From Chloroflexota bacterium (GTDB taxonomy: Bacteria; Chloroflexota; Dormibacteria; CF-121): DNA of 64,000 nucleotides. The notes beneath the pieces were generated by a model. It had not been told where the DNA came from. It did not search any database and saw only the letters and a list, made by a program, of their open reading frames with translations. The position numbers and the translations under genes are program-made. The stretch lies in the NCBI GenBank assembly GCA_005880605.1, contig VBIS01000160.1, positions 10,180 to 74,179 on the forward strand, read 5' to 3'. Of the stretch, positions 11,905 through 23,375 are shown piece by piece (position 1 is the stretch's first letter; every line of letters starts with the position of its first letter).

Positions 11905-11950
11905 CCCTTCCCCCTCCGGGGGAGGGCCGGGTGGGGGGCCGGTGGGGGCT
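11905..11950 (+). repeat. Copy C of the G-rich hairpin/G4 repeat: CCCTTCCCCCTCCGGGGGAGGGCCGGGTGGGGGGCCGGTGGGGG.
   Basis: Inverted repeat CCCCTCC/GGAGGGG plus five G-runs. It is intergenic, immediately downstream of ligA. Confidence 0.55.
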
Positions 11951-12000
11951 TTGCCGACCAGAGGCAGTCGCAGATAACGCTGAGTGAACGCTATCAAGAT

Positions 12001-12029
12001 TTGTAACGAATCGTGACAGCTCCTTAACT
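12001..12029 (+). promoter_or_regulatory. Possible sigma-70-type promoter (TTGTAA-N17-TTAACT) for the sensor gene.
   Basis: Hexamer spacing only; weak. Confidence 0.3.
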
Positions 12030-12062
12030 TCTCTTTCAGGCTCCGAGACGCATCATGCGATC

Positions 12063-15000
12063 GTGGCGTTCCCGACCATCCTCGCCGGGCCCAGCGACCG
12101 CGCCATCGGCCGCTTCCGACGGATCGGCGCTCGCGGGCTACTGGCTCTCCTAACAGCGGCGGCACTGATGCTGGTATCGGTCCTCGGGGCGCTGCTGCCG
12201 GACGCCACGTTGCCGCTCACCTGGTACGTCCCGGTGCTGGACAGCGCCATGGTGGTGACGCTGGCGGTGGTCCTTGCCCTCTCGTCCGCGGATGTTGTTC
12301 TCCGTCGTCACGGCCGCTCGTTACCCCTGGCGTTCGCCAGCGTCGTGATCGGGCTCTTGTGGCTCCAGCACATGCTGACCTTCCCTGGCGTCCTTCCGTT
12401 CCGGTTGCCGTTGGTCAGCAACCAGACCTCGAACTTCCTGTTCCACACGGCCCATATCGGCACGCCCGTGCTCTATATGGGGATTCTGTTGCATCGCTCT
12501 CATCCGCTGGCGAATCCCCGCCGGGCATTGTTCCGGACGCTAGCGCTCGCGCTAGGGCTCAGCATTGCGGCCATCGCCCTCACCGGCACGCTGGCGATGG
12601 TGCTGCCGCCACTGATCGTTGGAGGCCGCTTCACCGTTCTCAATACGCTCCTCCAGGCCGCCCCATTCCTGGTCGTCGCCTTCGCCACCACGGTGTACCG
12701 CAAGGGGCGCTGTCCGGAGCGACGCATCGAGGCGAGCGTGATCGCCGGCCTGCTGCTGGTCACCGTCGAGACCATGATGTTCATGTTCATGCGGGCGCGC
12801 TACGACGGGTTCTGGTACGTCGGGCACGCCTTGATGGTCCTCCCCTGCGCCGCCCTGCTGGTCGGCACCGTCGGCCTTTACGTGGCGGCACGGCGCGAAG
12901 CAGACGTTCAGCTGCGCGTCATGGGGCGGCTCAAGGAATCAGAGCGACATCTCCAGGTCATCATCGACACCTCGCCAAGCGCCGTGATCACCGCCGATGA
13001 GCAAGGCATGATCACCGGCTGGAATCGAAAGGCTGAAGAGATCTTCGGCTGGTCACACGACGAGGCGATCGGCCGGACGCTTGCGGCGACCATCATTCCG
13101 CGCCGCTACCGCGAGCTCCATCAGCGCGGGTTGACCAGGTTCATCGAAACCGGTGAAGGCAAGCTCCTGGGACGGCCCACCGAGCTGGCCGCCATGCACC
13201 GGGACGGTCGCGAGTTCCCTGTCGAGATTTCGGTGTCGCCGACCTCGCGCGCCGGGTCGCGCGTCGACTTTGTCGCCTTCGTCAGCGATATCAGCCACCG
13301 CCGCATGACTGATCGCCTCCGCGCCGTCCAGTTTGCGGTGACCAGGCCGCTGGCCAACGCGGCGACGTGGGCGGAGGCAGCGCCGCAGGTCCTGCAGGGC
13401 GTCTGCGAGACACTCGGCTGGCCGCTGGGCGAGTTCTGGGCGGTCGACCAGGAGGCGAACGTCCTGCGCTTGGCGTACGGCTGGTACAGGCCGACCCGGG
13501 ATTTTGCGGCGTTCGAAGCCTCCGGTCGCGAAGCCACCTTTGCCCGCGGCGTCGGCCTGCTAGGTCGGGTATGGGCGACTGGCCGAGCCCGATCGATCGA
13601 GGACGTGGCCTCGGACCCGAATTCGCAGCGTGCCGCCGCCGCCGCAAGCAGTGGCCTGCACGCCCAGTTCGCGTTTCCGATCACCAATGGCCGGAAGGTC
13701 ACCGGGGTGATCGCGCTCTTCAGCAACGACCGGCGCTCCCTCGATCCGGCAACGCTGCGGGTCATGGCTGACATCGGGAGCCAGATCGGCAACTTCATCG
13801 AGCGGCGCCGGGCGGAAGACGAATTGCGGCGCAGCGGCGACCGGATCCGAGCCATCCTTGACAACGTCGCGGACGGCATCATCACGCTCGATCAGCGCCT
13901 GGTGGTTCGCTCCTACAACCCGGCGGCCGAGCGGCTCTTCGGCTACGCCGTGGATGAGGTCATCGGCAAGGAGTTCGCCCGTCTGATCGCGGAACCGTTG
14001 CGCTCGGAGGTCAAGCCGCAACTGCGCTCCTACCTGCGCGCCCAGCAAGGGCTCTTCGAAATGGGAAGCCACGAGACCGCGGGCCTGCGGAAAGATGGCA
14101 CGACGTTCCCGATGGAGTTCAACGTTGGATGGCTCGGGCCGCAGCGCCTCGTGATCGGAAGCCTTCGCGACGTATCGGAGCGCAAGGCGGAGACCGAAGC
14201 GCTGCAATACCAGGCGCTGCACGATTCGCTGACCGGGCTGGCCAACCGAACGTTCCTTCAGGAGCGGCTGGAGGAGACGATCCGGGCGGGCGAGCGCGAG
14301 ATGAAACCGTGTGCGGTCCTGTTGATGGACCTGGACGGGTTCAAGAGTGTGAACGACAGCCTCGGCCACTCGGCCGGGGACCGGCTGCTGCAGCAGCTGG
14401 GCGAGCGCATGCGTCGCGTGCTGCGCAAGGCGGACACGATAGCCCGCTATGGCGGCGACGAGTTTGCCGTCGTGCCCTGGGGCGCGACCGATGTGACCCG
14501 CGCGGTGCTGATCGCGGAAAAGATCCTTAATGCCATGGATCAACCGTTCATCATCGACGAGCAGTCCATCTCGGTCAACCTGAGCATCGGGATCGCGGCC
14601 TTCCCCCAGCACGCCGACGATGCGGTAACGCTGATCCGCCGGGCCGACGTCGCCATGTACACGGCGAAGCGCGCCCGAAGCGGCTTCAGCGTCTACTCGG
14701 TCGATCAGGAAGGTGGCGAAAGCGGTGAGGGCGTCCCCCTGGTCGGGAAGCTTCGCTATGCGATCGATCAGTTCGAGCTGGTCCTCCACTACCAGCCGAT
14801 CGTGAATGCCGACGACGGCAAGCCGATGAAGGTTGAGGCCCTGGTCCGTTGGGGCCATCCGGTCCACGGGCTGCTGCCGACAGACGACTTCATCCCGGCG
14901 GCCGAGCAGACCAACCTGATCAGGCCCCTGACGGCATGGGTGCTCAACGAGGCGCTCGGCCAGGTTCACGCCTGGTCGAAAGCCGGCATCGAGATCGGCG

Positions 15001-15509
15001 TGTCCGTCAACCTCTCGGCGCGCAACCTGCTCGACACGGAGCTCCCGGACGCGGTGGAACAGTTGCTCCGGACCTGGCAGGTACCGCCAGAGAAGCTGAG
15101 TCTCGAGATCACGGAGGGCACCATCATCGCCAGCGAAGCCGAAGACACCCTGCAGCGGCTGCACGACATCGGGGTCCAGATCTCGGTGGACGACTTCGGC
15201 ACCGGCTACTCCTCACTGGCCTACCTCAAGCGGCTTCCAGTACGCGAGATCAAGATCGACAAGTCCTTCGTCATCGACATGGCTACCAATAGGGACGGCG
15301 CGGCCATCGTTCGATCCACGATCGACCTTGGTCACAGCCTGGGGTTGACGGTTGTCGCCGGAGGAGTCGAGGACGAGCCGACCGCCGCGTTACTCCGCGA
15401 GTACGGCTGCGACTCCCTCCAGGGCTTCCACATCAGCCGCCCCGCCGCGCCGGGCCCGCTCGGCCCCTGGCTCCGGACACGGACCGGGACCGGCGCGATG
15501 ATCGCCTGA
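12063..15509 (+). CDS. Membrane-anchored signalling protein with a polytopic N-terminal domain followed by PAS, GAF, PAS, GGDEF (diguanylate cyclase) and EAL (phosphodiesterase) domains.
   Basis: Seven to eight N-terminal hydrophobic helices. The RYGGDEF motif is intact, and the EAL motifs EALVRW and DDFGTGYSSL are intact. The GTG start is uncertain. Confidence 0.85.
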   Translation: MAFPTILAGPSDRAIGRFRRIGARGLLALLTAAALMLVSVLGALLPDATLPLTWYVPVLDSAMVVTLAVVLALSSADVVLRRHGRSLPLAFASVVIGLLWLQHMLTFPGVLPFRLPLVSNQTSNFLFHTAHIGTPVLYMGILLHRSHPLANPRRALFRTLALALGLSIAAIALTGTLAMVLPPLIVGGRFTVLNTLLQAAPFLVVAFATTVYRKGRCPERRIEASVIAGLLLVTVETMMFMFMRARYDGFWYVGHALMVLPCAALLVGTVGLYVAARREADVQLRVMGRLKESERHLQVIIDTSPSAVITADEQGMITGWNRKAEEIFGWSHDEAIGRTLAATIIPRRYRELHQRGLTRFIETGEGKLLGRPTELAAMHRDGREFPVEISVSPTSRAGSRVDFVAFVSDISHRRMTDRLRAVQFAVTRPLANAATWAEAAPQVLQGVCETLGWPLGEFWAVDQEANVLRLAYGWYRPTRDFAAFEASGREATFARGVGLLGRVWATGRARSIEDVASDPNSQRAAAAASSGLHAQFAFPITNGRKVTGVIALFSNDRRSLDPATLRVMADIGSQIGNFIERRRAEDELRRSGDRIRAILDNVADGIITLDQRLVVRSYNPAAERLFGYAVDEVIGKEFARLIAEPLRSEVKPQLRSYLRAQQGLFEMGSHETAGLRKDGTTFPMEFNVGWLGPQRLVIGSLRDVSERKAETEALQYQALHDSLTGLANRTFLQERLEETIRAGEREMKPCAVLLMDLDGFKSVNDSLGHSAGDRLLQQLGERMRRVLRKADTIARYGGDEFAVVPWGATDVTRAVLIAEKILNAMDQPFIIDEQSISVNLSIGIAAFPQHADDAVTLIRRADVAMYTAKRARSGFSVYSVDQEGGESGEGVPLVGKLRYAIDQFELVLHYQPIVNADDGKPMKVEALVRWGHPVHGLLPTDDFIPAAEQTNLIRPLTAWVLNEALGQVHAWSKAGIEIGVSVNLSARNLLDTELPDAVEQLLRTWQVPPEKLSLEITEGTIIASEAEDTLQRLHDIGVQISVDDFGTGYSSLAYLKRLPVREIKIDKSFVIDMATNRDGAAIVRSTIDLGHSLGLTVVAGGVEDEPTAALLREYGCDSLQGFHISRPAAPGPLGPWLRTRTGTGAMIA

Positions 15510-15529
15510 CTTCTTTTAATCTATAGGTC

Positions 15530-15832
15530 TTGGCCGAACCCGAGTCCGAGCTTTCGTCCCGTGAAGTCGAGCATGTCGCGCGCCTGGCGCGCTTGGGGAT
15601 CACCGCAGACGAGGTCGTCCGCTACCGCGATCAGCTCAGGCACATCCTGACCGCGATCGATGCCCTGAAGCAGGCCGATACCTCGACCGTTCCGGCGACC
15701 GCCCACCCGCTCGAGGAGCGCAACGTCATGCGCGAGGACCGGCGCGAACCCTCCCTGCCCGCCGAAATGGCGTTGAAGAACGCACCCAGCCGCGAGGGCT
15801 CGTACTTCAAGGTCAAGGCGATCCAGGAATGA
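15530..15832 (+). CDS. gatC: Asp/Glu-tRNA amidotransferase subunit C.
   Basis: ~100 aa protein (ARLARLGITADEVVRYRDQL) immediately upstream of gatA and gatB. Confidence 0.8.
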   Translation: MAEPESELSSREVEHVARLARLGITADEVVRYRDQLRHILTAIDALKQADTSTVPATAHPLEERNVMREDRREPSLPAEMALKNAPSREGSYFKVKAIQE

Positions 15833-17189
15833 CACTTTTTCAGCGGACCATCCGCGATCTGCACCAGATGCTGCTCGACCGCGAGATATCGTCTGTCGAG
15901 CTCACCGAGGCGGTCCTCGGCCAGATCGACGCGGTCGGCGAGCAGACGAAGGCCTACCTGCTCGTCACCCGCGAACTCGCCCTACGCCAGGCAAAGGCCG
16001 CGGACGAGCGGCTGCGGGCCAGACGCGATGTCAAGCCGCTGACCGGGATCCCGATCGCGCTCAAGGACGTCCTCTGCGTGAAGGACGTCGCATCGACGGC
16101 GGGTTCGAAGATCCTGAAGGGCTTTCTGCCGCCGTATAGCGCGACCGTCGTCGACCGCCTCGAGGCCGAGGGCGCGGTTTTCCTGGGAAAGACCAACTGC
16201 GACGAGTTCGCGATGGGCTCCTCGAATGAGAACTCGGGATACTGGCCGGTCCACAACCCCTGGGGACTCGACCGGGTACGGTCGGCGTCAAGCCGACCTA
16301 TGGACGCGTCAGCCGGTACGGTCTGATCGCCTTCGCGTCTTCGCTGGATCAAATCGGACCGATGACCCGCGACGTGGCCGACGCCGCGGTGTTGCTGCAG
16401 TCGATCGCCGGGCACGATCCGCGCGACTCCACCAGCTCGCAGAAGCCGGTGCCGGATTATCTGTCGAGCCTGCAGCGCGGCGTGAAGGGCATGCGCCTCG
16501 GCGTGCCGAAAGAATACTTCGTGGCCGGCATGGAGCCCGCGGTCGAGCAGGCGATCAACGACGCCATCCGGCTGCTCGAGCAGCAGGGCGCCTCAATCCA
16601 AGAAGTCAGCCTGCCTCATAGCGACGTCGCCCTGCCCGCCTACTACATCATCGCGCCGGCCGAGGCCAGCTCCAACCTGGCGCGCTACGACGGCGTTCGC
16701 TACGGGTACCAGGCCGAGGGTGCGAAAAACTTGATTGAGGAGTACGTGATGACCCGGCAGCAGGGCTTTGGCGCCGAGGTCAAGCGCCGGATCATGCTCG
16801 GGACCTACGCGCTGAGCTCCGGCTACTACGACGCCTACTACCTGCAGGCGCAAAAGGTCCGCACCCTGATCATCGACGACTTCAAGCGGGCCTTCGAAAA
16901 GGTCGATGCGCTGTTGGGGGCGACGTCGCCGACGGTGGCGTTCCCGCTCGGGGCGAAGACCCAGGATCCAGTCGCCATGTACCTGAACGACATCATCACC
17001 ATCCCCGCGAACCTCGGCAATGTCTGCGGCATCTCGGTGCCCTGCGGGCTGGCCGACGGCCTGCCGATCGGCCTGCAAGTCATCGCGCCGGGATTTCGCG
17101 AGGACACGGCCCTGCAGGTCGCCTATGCCTTCGAGGCCGCAGCCGACTTCCGCAAGCTCCAATCGCCGTTGATGCGGGCGGCCGCCTGA
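15829..17189 (+). pseudogene. gatA: Asp/Glu-tRNA amidotransferase subunit A with an internal out-of-frame deletion (~118 bp) that removes the amidase-signature catalytic serines. Disrupted gatA.
   Basis: The ORF from 15829 encodes the GatA N-terminus up to NPWGLDRV. Homology then resumes in the +2 frame at [31 protein letters not shown] and continues to 17189. About 39 aa (PGGSSGGSAAAVAAG...GTDTGGSIRQPAAFCGV) are missing. Confidence 0.7.
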
Positions 17190-18640
17190 TGGCGGTCGCC
17201 ACGCGCTACGAAGTCGTCGTGGGGCTCGAGGTCCATGCCCAGGTGCTGACGCAGAGCAAGATGTTCTGCGGGTGCTCGACCGACTATCTCGTAGCGCCGC
17301 CCAACGCGAACACGTGCCCCGTCTGCCTCGGGCTGCCGGGGTCCCTGCCAGTGATCAACCGGCGGGCGGTCGAGGCGACCATCCGCACCGCACTCGCGCT
17401 GAACTGCGAGATCCCCGAGTTCTCGAAGTTCGATCGCAAGAACTACTTCTACCCCGATCTGCCCAAGGGCTATCAGATTTCGCAGCACGATTTGCCATTC
17501 AGCCGTAACGGTCGCCTCGAGTTCGACGTCAAAGGCGAGGCCCGGCGCTGCGGAATCACCCGAGTGCACCTCGAAGAGGACACCGGCAAGCTGCAGCATG
17601 AAGGGGCGATTGAGCAAGCGCAATCCTCGCTGGTCAACTTCAACCGGGCTGGCGTGCCCCTGATGGAGATCGTCTCCGAGCCAGATCTGCGCAGCGCCGA
17701 CGAGGCGCGCGAGTACGTCATGCGCCTGCGCGCGATCCTGCAGTACATCGGCGTCAACAACGGCGATATGGAGTCAGGCCAGCTTCGCTGCGACGCCAAT
17801 GTGTCGCTCCGGCCCATGGGCCAGGCTGAGTTCGGCACCAAGGTCGAGGTCAAGAACATGAACTCCTTCCGGGCGATTCACCGCGCGATCGAGTACGAGA
17901 TCGAACGTCAGACGGAAGTCCTGGAGGCGGGCGGCCGGCTGGTCCAGGAAACGCGCGGTTGGAATGATGCCCGCGCCCTGACGGTCTCGCAGCGCACCAA
18001 GGAGTTCGCCGAAGACTACCGCTACTTCCCGGAGCCCGACCTGCCGCCCCTCGAGGTCAGCCGCGAGTGGGTGGCCGAAATCCGATCCCAATTGCCAGAG
18101 CTGCCGGCGGCGCGACGCGAGCGTTTGATCGCGGATCTCGGCCTCACCCCCTACGACGCCTCGGTGCTCACATCCTCGAAGCCGATGGCCGAGTACTTCG
18201 AGGAGATGGTGCGGTTGGGCGCCCCGCCCAAAGCGGCGGCGAATTGGATTCTCGGTGACTTCAGCCGCTTCCTCAACGCCGATCACAAGGAGATCCAGGA
18301 GGCATCGGTCAAGCCGGCGCACCTGCAGCAACTGATCGCGCTCATCGACTCGGGGGTCATCAGCGGCAAGATGGCAAAGCAGACCTTCGAGATGATGTAC
18401 CGCTCGCCGGACCCGGAGCCCGCTCTCACGGCGGCGAAAGGTTCGAGCCAGATCAGCGGGGACGCCGAGCTGGCTGGCATCGTCGACCAGGTCATCGCCG
18501 AAAACGAAAAGTCGGTCGTGGACTTCAAGGCGGGAAAGGCGCAGGCGTTGAAGTTCCTGATCGGTCAGGGGATGAAGCTCTCCAAAGGCCGGGCCAACCC
18601 GCAGCGGCTCGAGGCGCTGCTCCGAGAGAAAATCTCCTAG
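17189..18640 (+). CDS. gatB: Asp/Glu-tRNA amidotransferase subunit B.
   Basis: The N-terminus [24 protein letters not shown] is diagnostic of GatB. Confidence 0.9.
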   Translation: MAVATRYEVVVGLEVHAQVLTQSKMFCGCSTDYLVAPPNANTCPVCLGLPGSLPVINRRAVEATIRTALALNCEIPEFSKFDRKNYFYPDLPKGYQISQHDLPFSRNGRLEFDVKGEARRCGITRVHLEEDTGKLQHEGAIEQAQSSLVNFNRAGVPLMEIVSEPDLRSADEAREYVMRLRAILQYIGVNNGDMESGQLRCDANVSLRPMGQAEFGTKVEVKNMNSFRAIHRAIEYEIERQTEVLEAGGRLVQETRGWNDARALTVSQRTKEFAEDYRYFPEPDLPPLEVSREWVAEIRSQLPELPAARRERLIADLGLTPYDASVLTSSKPMAEYFEEMVRLGAPPKAAANWILGDFSRFLNADHKEIQEASVKPAHLQQLIALIDSGVISGKMAKQTFEMMYRSPDPEPALTAAKGSSQISGDAELAGIVDQVIAENEKSVVDFKAGKAQALKFLIGQGMKLSKGRANPQRLEALLREKIS

Positions 18641-19872
18641 TGCAACTCACCGTTGGCGAGCTCGCCCACGGCGGGGCGGCCGTGGCGCGGGTCGACGGCC
18701 GCGTCGTCTTCGTCGAAGGGGCGATCCCCGGAGAAACCGTCGAGGCCGACATCACGCACCGCCGGAAAGATTTCTGGCGTGCCCAGGCGACGGCCGTCCT
18801 CGAGCCGGCGGCCACACGCGTCGATCCGCCGTGTCCGTATTTCAAGGCCGGCTGTGGCGGCTGCCAGTTGCAGTACCTGGCCTATCCGGAACAGCTCGCC
18901 CAGAAACGGCAGGTGCTGCATCGCCAGTTCGAGCGCGCGCACCTCGAGTTTCCGATCGATCGGATCGACGCCCTGGGGATGGACGACCCGTGGCGCTACC
19001 GCCTGCGCGGTGAGTTTCATGTCTTGCGCCGCGCCGGGGCGGTCAGCCTCGGGTTCTATCGAAAGCACACCTACCAGACGTTGCCGATCGACGCCTGCCT
19101 GATCCACGTGGAGGCGATCGAACGGGCGCTGCCGGCCTTCGCGCGCGCCGCGGAGGACCCAGCGGCCGCTCGCGTCACCGCCCTCCAGTTCACCTGGGCG
19201 CCGGGAACGAGCGACCTGCTCTGGTCGCCGTATCCACCTGGCTCCGCGGATCCAGGATTTGGGACGCGCGCGGCGGGCTGGGTCCCAGAGCTCAACCTCA
19301 ACGACGACTCGATCGGCATGGAGGATGCCGGCCGCCACTTCCGCGTCCGGCCCGAGGCGTTCGTCCAGGTCAACTGGCGGCAGCGGGACGTGCTCTACGA
19401 GCGCGCGGTCGCGTTTGCACAGCTCAGTGGCCGCGAGCGGGTTGTCGATGCCTACGCCGGGATCGGCATGCTCACGGCGCGGCTCGCCGATCATGCCACG
19501 GATGTCATCGCGATCGAGGAAAGCCCCTACGCGGTACGACTCGGGGAGCTGAACATGCAGCTCAACGGCTGCGGCAATGTCAGCTACCGGCGCGGCCGTG
19601 TCGAAGATGCCGCGCCCGGGCTCGAGGGGGACGTTGATGTGCTCGTGCTCGATCCGCCGCGCGCGGGATGCGCCGAATCGGCGATCGAGGCAATGGCGAA
19701 TCTGAAGCCACAACGGGTTGTCTACATCTCGTGTGACCCGTCGACACTGGCTCGAGATGTCAATCGTTTTTGTGCTGCCGGACGCTATACCCTTGTGGAG
19801 GTGGCTTTCGTCGACTTGTTCCCCCAGACCTACCACATCGAAGCGGTGGTCAAGCTCGAACGCAACGCATGA
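18640..19872 (+). CDS. 23S rRNA (uracil-C5)-methyltransferase RlmD/RumA-like: TRAM domain, 4Fe-4S cluster and SAM-dependent methyltransferase.
   Basis: TRAM-like N-terminus, a CPYFKAGCGGCQLQ cysteine cluster, and a DAYAGIG SAM-binding motif. Confidence 0.75.
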   Translation: MQLTVGELAHGGAAVARVDGRVVFVEGAIPGETVEADITHRRKDFWRAQATAVLEPAATRVDPPCPYFKAGCGGCQLQYLAYPEQLAQKRQVLHRQFERAHLEFPIDRIDALGMDDPWRYRLRGEFHVLRRAGAVSLGFYRKHTYQTLPIDACLIHVEAIERALPAFARAAEDPAAARVTALQFTWAPGTSDLLWSPYPPGSADPGFGTRAAGWVPELNLNDDSIGMEDAGRHFRVRPEAFVQVNWRQRDVLYERAVAFAQLSGRERVVDAYAGIGMLTARLADHATDVIAIEESPYAVRLGELNMQLNGCGNVSYRRGRVEDAAPGLEGDVDVLVLDPPRAGCAESAIEAMANLKPQRVVYISCDPSTLARDVNRFCAAGRYTLVEVAFVDLFPQTYHIEAVVKLERNA

Positions 19873-22800
19873 GCTTTGTTCACCTCCATACGCACTCTGA
19901 GTTCAGCCTGCTGGACGGCGCGAGCCGCATCTCCGAGATGGTCCGCCTGGCGGCCGAAACCGGGATGCCGGCGATCGCGCTCACCGACCATGGCGTCCTC
20001 TACGGCGCCGTGGATCTCTACCTGCAGGCGAAAGCCGCCGGGATCAACCCCATCATCGGCCAGGAAGTCTATGTTGCCACTCGGTCCCGCCACCAGAAGG
20101 AAGGACGGGCCGACCGCGATCCTCATCATCTGATCCTGCTCGTCAAGAACCTGGAGGGCTATCGCAACCTGATCCAGCTCTCCAGCCTGGCGCACCTCGA
20201 GGGCTATTACTACAAGCCGCGGATCGACAAGGGATTGCTGGCCGAACACGCGCAGGGGCTGATCGCGCTCTCGAGCTGCCTCGGCGGAGAGGTGGCCAGC
20301 CGGCTACTCGAGGGCGACGAAGCCGGCGCGGAGCAGGTGGCGCGCGAATACCAGCGGATGTTCGGCGAGGACTACTTCCTCGAGGTCCAGGACCATGGGA
20401 TGGAGGAGCAGGCTCGCGTCAACGAGGGCCTGGCGCGCCTGTCACAGCGAACCGGGATTCCGCTGGTCGCCACCAACGACTCGCACTACACGCGCCAGGA
20501 CGACGCTGAGGCGCATGACATCCTGCTCTGTCTGCAGACCGGCACCGTGGTCTCGGATCAAAAGCGCATGCGATTCCACAATGACGAGTTCTATCTCAAG
20601 ACCCCGGCCGAGATGGCGGAGCGATTCCGTGAATTTCCGGAGGCCGTCGCCAACACGGTCCGGATCGCGGAGCGTTGTCACCTCGAGCTCGATACCAAGC
20701 CGCTCTTGCCTCGCTTTGAGGTGCCCCAAGGTGAGACCGCAGAATCCTACCTCCGCCGTCTTGCGGAGCAGGGGCTGAAGACGCGCTATCCCGAGCTGGG
20801 CCAGGTGGTGCGCGATCGCTTCGAGATGGAGTTCGGCGTCATCGAGGCGATGGGCTACGCGCCGTATTTCCTGATCGTCAGCGACTTCATCGACTTCGCC
20901 CGTCAAAACGGTGTGGCGGTCGGTCCGGGCCGCGGTTCCGCGGCGGGCAGCATCATCTCGTACGCGCTTGGCATCACCACCCTCGATCCCATCCAGCATG
21001 GCTTGATCTTCGAGCGCTTCCTCAACCGCGAGCGCATCTCCATGCCAGATATCGACGTCGATTTCGACGATCGGAATCGCGACCGCGTCATCGATTACGT
21101 CGGCCAGAAATATGGCCAGGATCATGTGGCGCAGATCATCACCTTCGGCACCATGAAGGCGCGGGCGGTGATCCGTGACGTCGGTCGCGCGCTCGACGTC
21201 CCGCTCCGCGAGGTCGACCACCTGGCCAAGCTGGTGCCGCCGACGCTCAACATGACGCTCGACAAGGCGATCCAGATGGTTCCCGAGCTCGCGCAGGCGG
21301 AAAAAGACCCCGTCTATGAGCGGCTGCTGAAGAACGCGCGCAAGCTCGAGGGTCTGGTTCGCCACGCGTCGACACACGCCGCCGGCATCGTGATCACGCC
21401 CGAACCGTTGCAGCACTATCTGCCGCTGCAGGCCAGCATCACGCGCGGCGACAAGAACGGCCAGGAAAAACGCGCGGTGATGACCCAGTACGAGATGAAC
21501 GCCGTGCAGAAAATTGGCTTACTGAAAATGGACTTCCTTGGCTTGCGGAACCTGTCCGTCATCGAAGACGCCTTGAAGAACCTCGAACAAACCCGCGGGC
21601 TCAAGCTCGACCTCGCTCAGATCCCGTGGGATGACCCCGCGACCTTCCGGCTCCTGCAGGCGGCGGACACGAACGGCGTGTTCCAGCTCGAGTCGGCCGG
21701 GCTGCGCCGGCTGCTCCAGGACATGCGACCCATGACCTTCGCGGACATCACCGCGGCGATCGCCCTTTTCCGCCCGGGGCCGCTCGAAGGCGGACTGGTC
21801 GATCAGTACATGAAGTGCAAGCACGGTGAGCAGGAGATCGTCTACCCGCTGCCGCAGCTCGAAGCCGACGTGCTGCGCGCCGCCATGGGCAAGAAGAAGA
21901 AGGAAGAGATGGCGAAGATGCGCGCCAAGTTCATCACCGGCGCGGTCGATCGCGGGGTGACCCAGGCGAAGGCGACGGAGATCTTCGACCTGATGGCCTT
22001 TTTCGCGGGCTACGGGTTCAACAAGTCCCACAGCGCCGCCTATGCCGTGATCTCCTATCAGACCGCCTTCCTGAAGGCCAACTACCCGCTCGAGTATCTC
22101 GCGGCCTTGCTCAACAACGAAGCGGGCAACTACGACAAGGTCGCGGCGGCCGTCCTCGATTGCCACGCGCGCAACATCGAGGTCTTACCGCCGGACGTCA
22201 ATTATTCCGAAGGCGGGTTCTCGGTGCAGGACGGGAAGGTCCGGTACGGATTGGCCGTCATCAAGAACGTGGGCGTTCGCGCGATCGAGCTGCTGCTCGC
22301 CGAGCGGCGGGCCAAAGGGCCCTTCAAGTCGCTGCTCGATCTGAGCGTCCGGGTCGATCCGCGCGAGATGAACAAGCGCGTCCTGGAAAGTCTGATCCGC
22401 TCCGGCGCCACCGACAGCCTGGGCGAGCGGGGCCGGCTGTTCGCCAGCATCGACCGCATCAGCGATCGGGCGGCGCAGATCATTAGCGAGCGCGAAAGTG
22501 GTCAGACGAACCTGTTCGGCATGCTGCCGGAGGCCGACGAGATGGACGACCCGTCAGCCGGCCTGGTCTCGGACATGCCGCCGATGCCCGACGACGAGCG
22601 GCTCAAGGGTGAGAAAGAATTGCTTGGTCTCTATTTGTCGGATCACCCGCTGCGGCGGATCGAGCAGGAGCTCCACGCGAAGGTGGACACCTATGCGAAC
22701 CAGGTCACACCGGACATGGAGGACTACGAAGTACGCATCGGCGGCGTGATCAAGGCGGTGCGACCGATCGTCACCAAATCGGGCAAGGCGATGGCGTTCG

Positions 22801-23375
22801 TCCAGCTCGAGGACCTGACCGCGACCATCGAAGTCATCGTCTTCCCGAAGGTGTTCGAAGAGCGACGAAGCTTGCTGTTATCCGACACCGTCGTCATCGT
22901 TCGTGGCAAGGTCGATGCCCGCGCCTCCGCCAACGACGACGATGAGCGCGCGGAACAGGCGAAAGTCATCGCGGATGAGATCCTCGCCTTCGACGATGCC
23001 GGCCACGAGCAGTGGGTCCGCAATCAGATGGTCCACCTCGATGTGCCCGCCGACGCAACCGCGGAGCAGATGGAAGCCCTCCAGGAGATCCTGGGCCGCT
23101 GCGCCGGCCCGGACCGGGTCGTGCTGCACTTGCAACGCGAGGACCAGGTCGTCGACATGGACCTGGGCGAAAAGTTCCGGGTCCAGGGTGGCGGGCTCGC
23201 CGGCGATCGCGCTCAGCGAGAGATCGACGCGCTGTTCAGCCGCCCGGTCTGGCGCCTGGAAGTGATCCGGCGTCGACCACCACGAAGGCGGCGACCGGCG
23301 CCCAATCGAATTGTCCGGGCCGCCGCGGAAACCAGCCACGGAACGGTCGCGCGAACGGCTCCGTGCTCTGCATGA
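19870..23375 (+). CDS. dnaE: DNA polymerase III alpha subunit DnaE, with an Arg-rich ~40-aa C-terminal read-through tail that overlaps the convergent yggT gene.
   Basis: The N-terminal PHP domain (MSFVHLHTHSEFSLLDG) and polymerase core motifs are recognisable throughout. The ATG at 19870 overlaps the end of the upstream gene. Confidence 0.9.
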
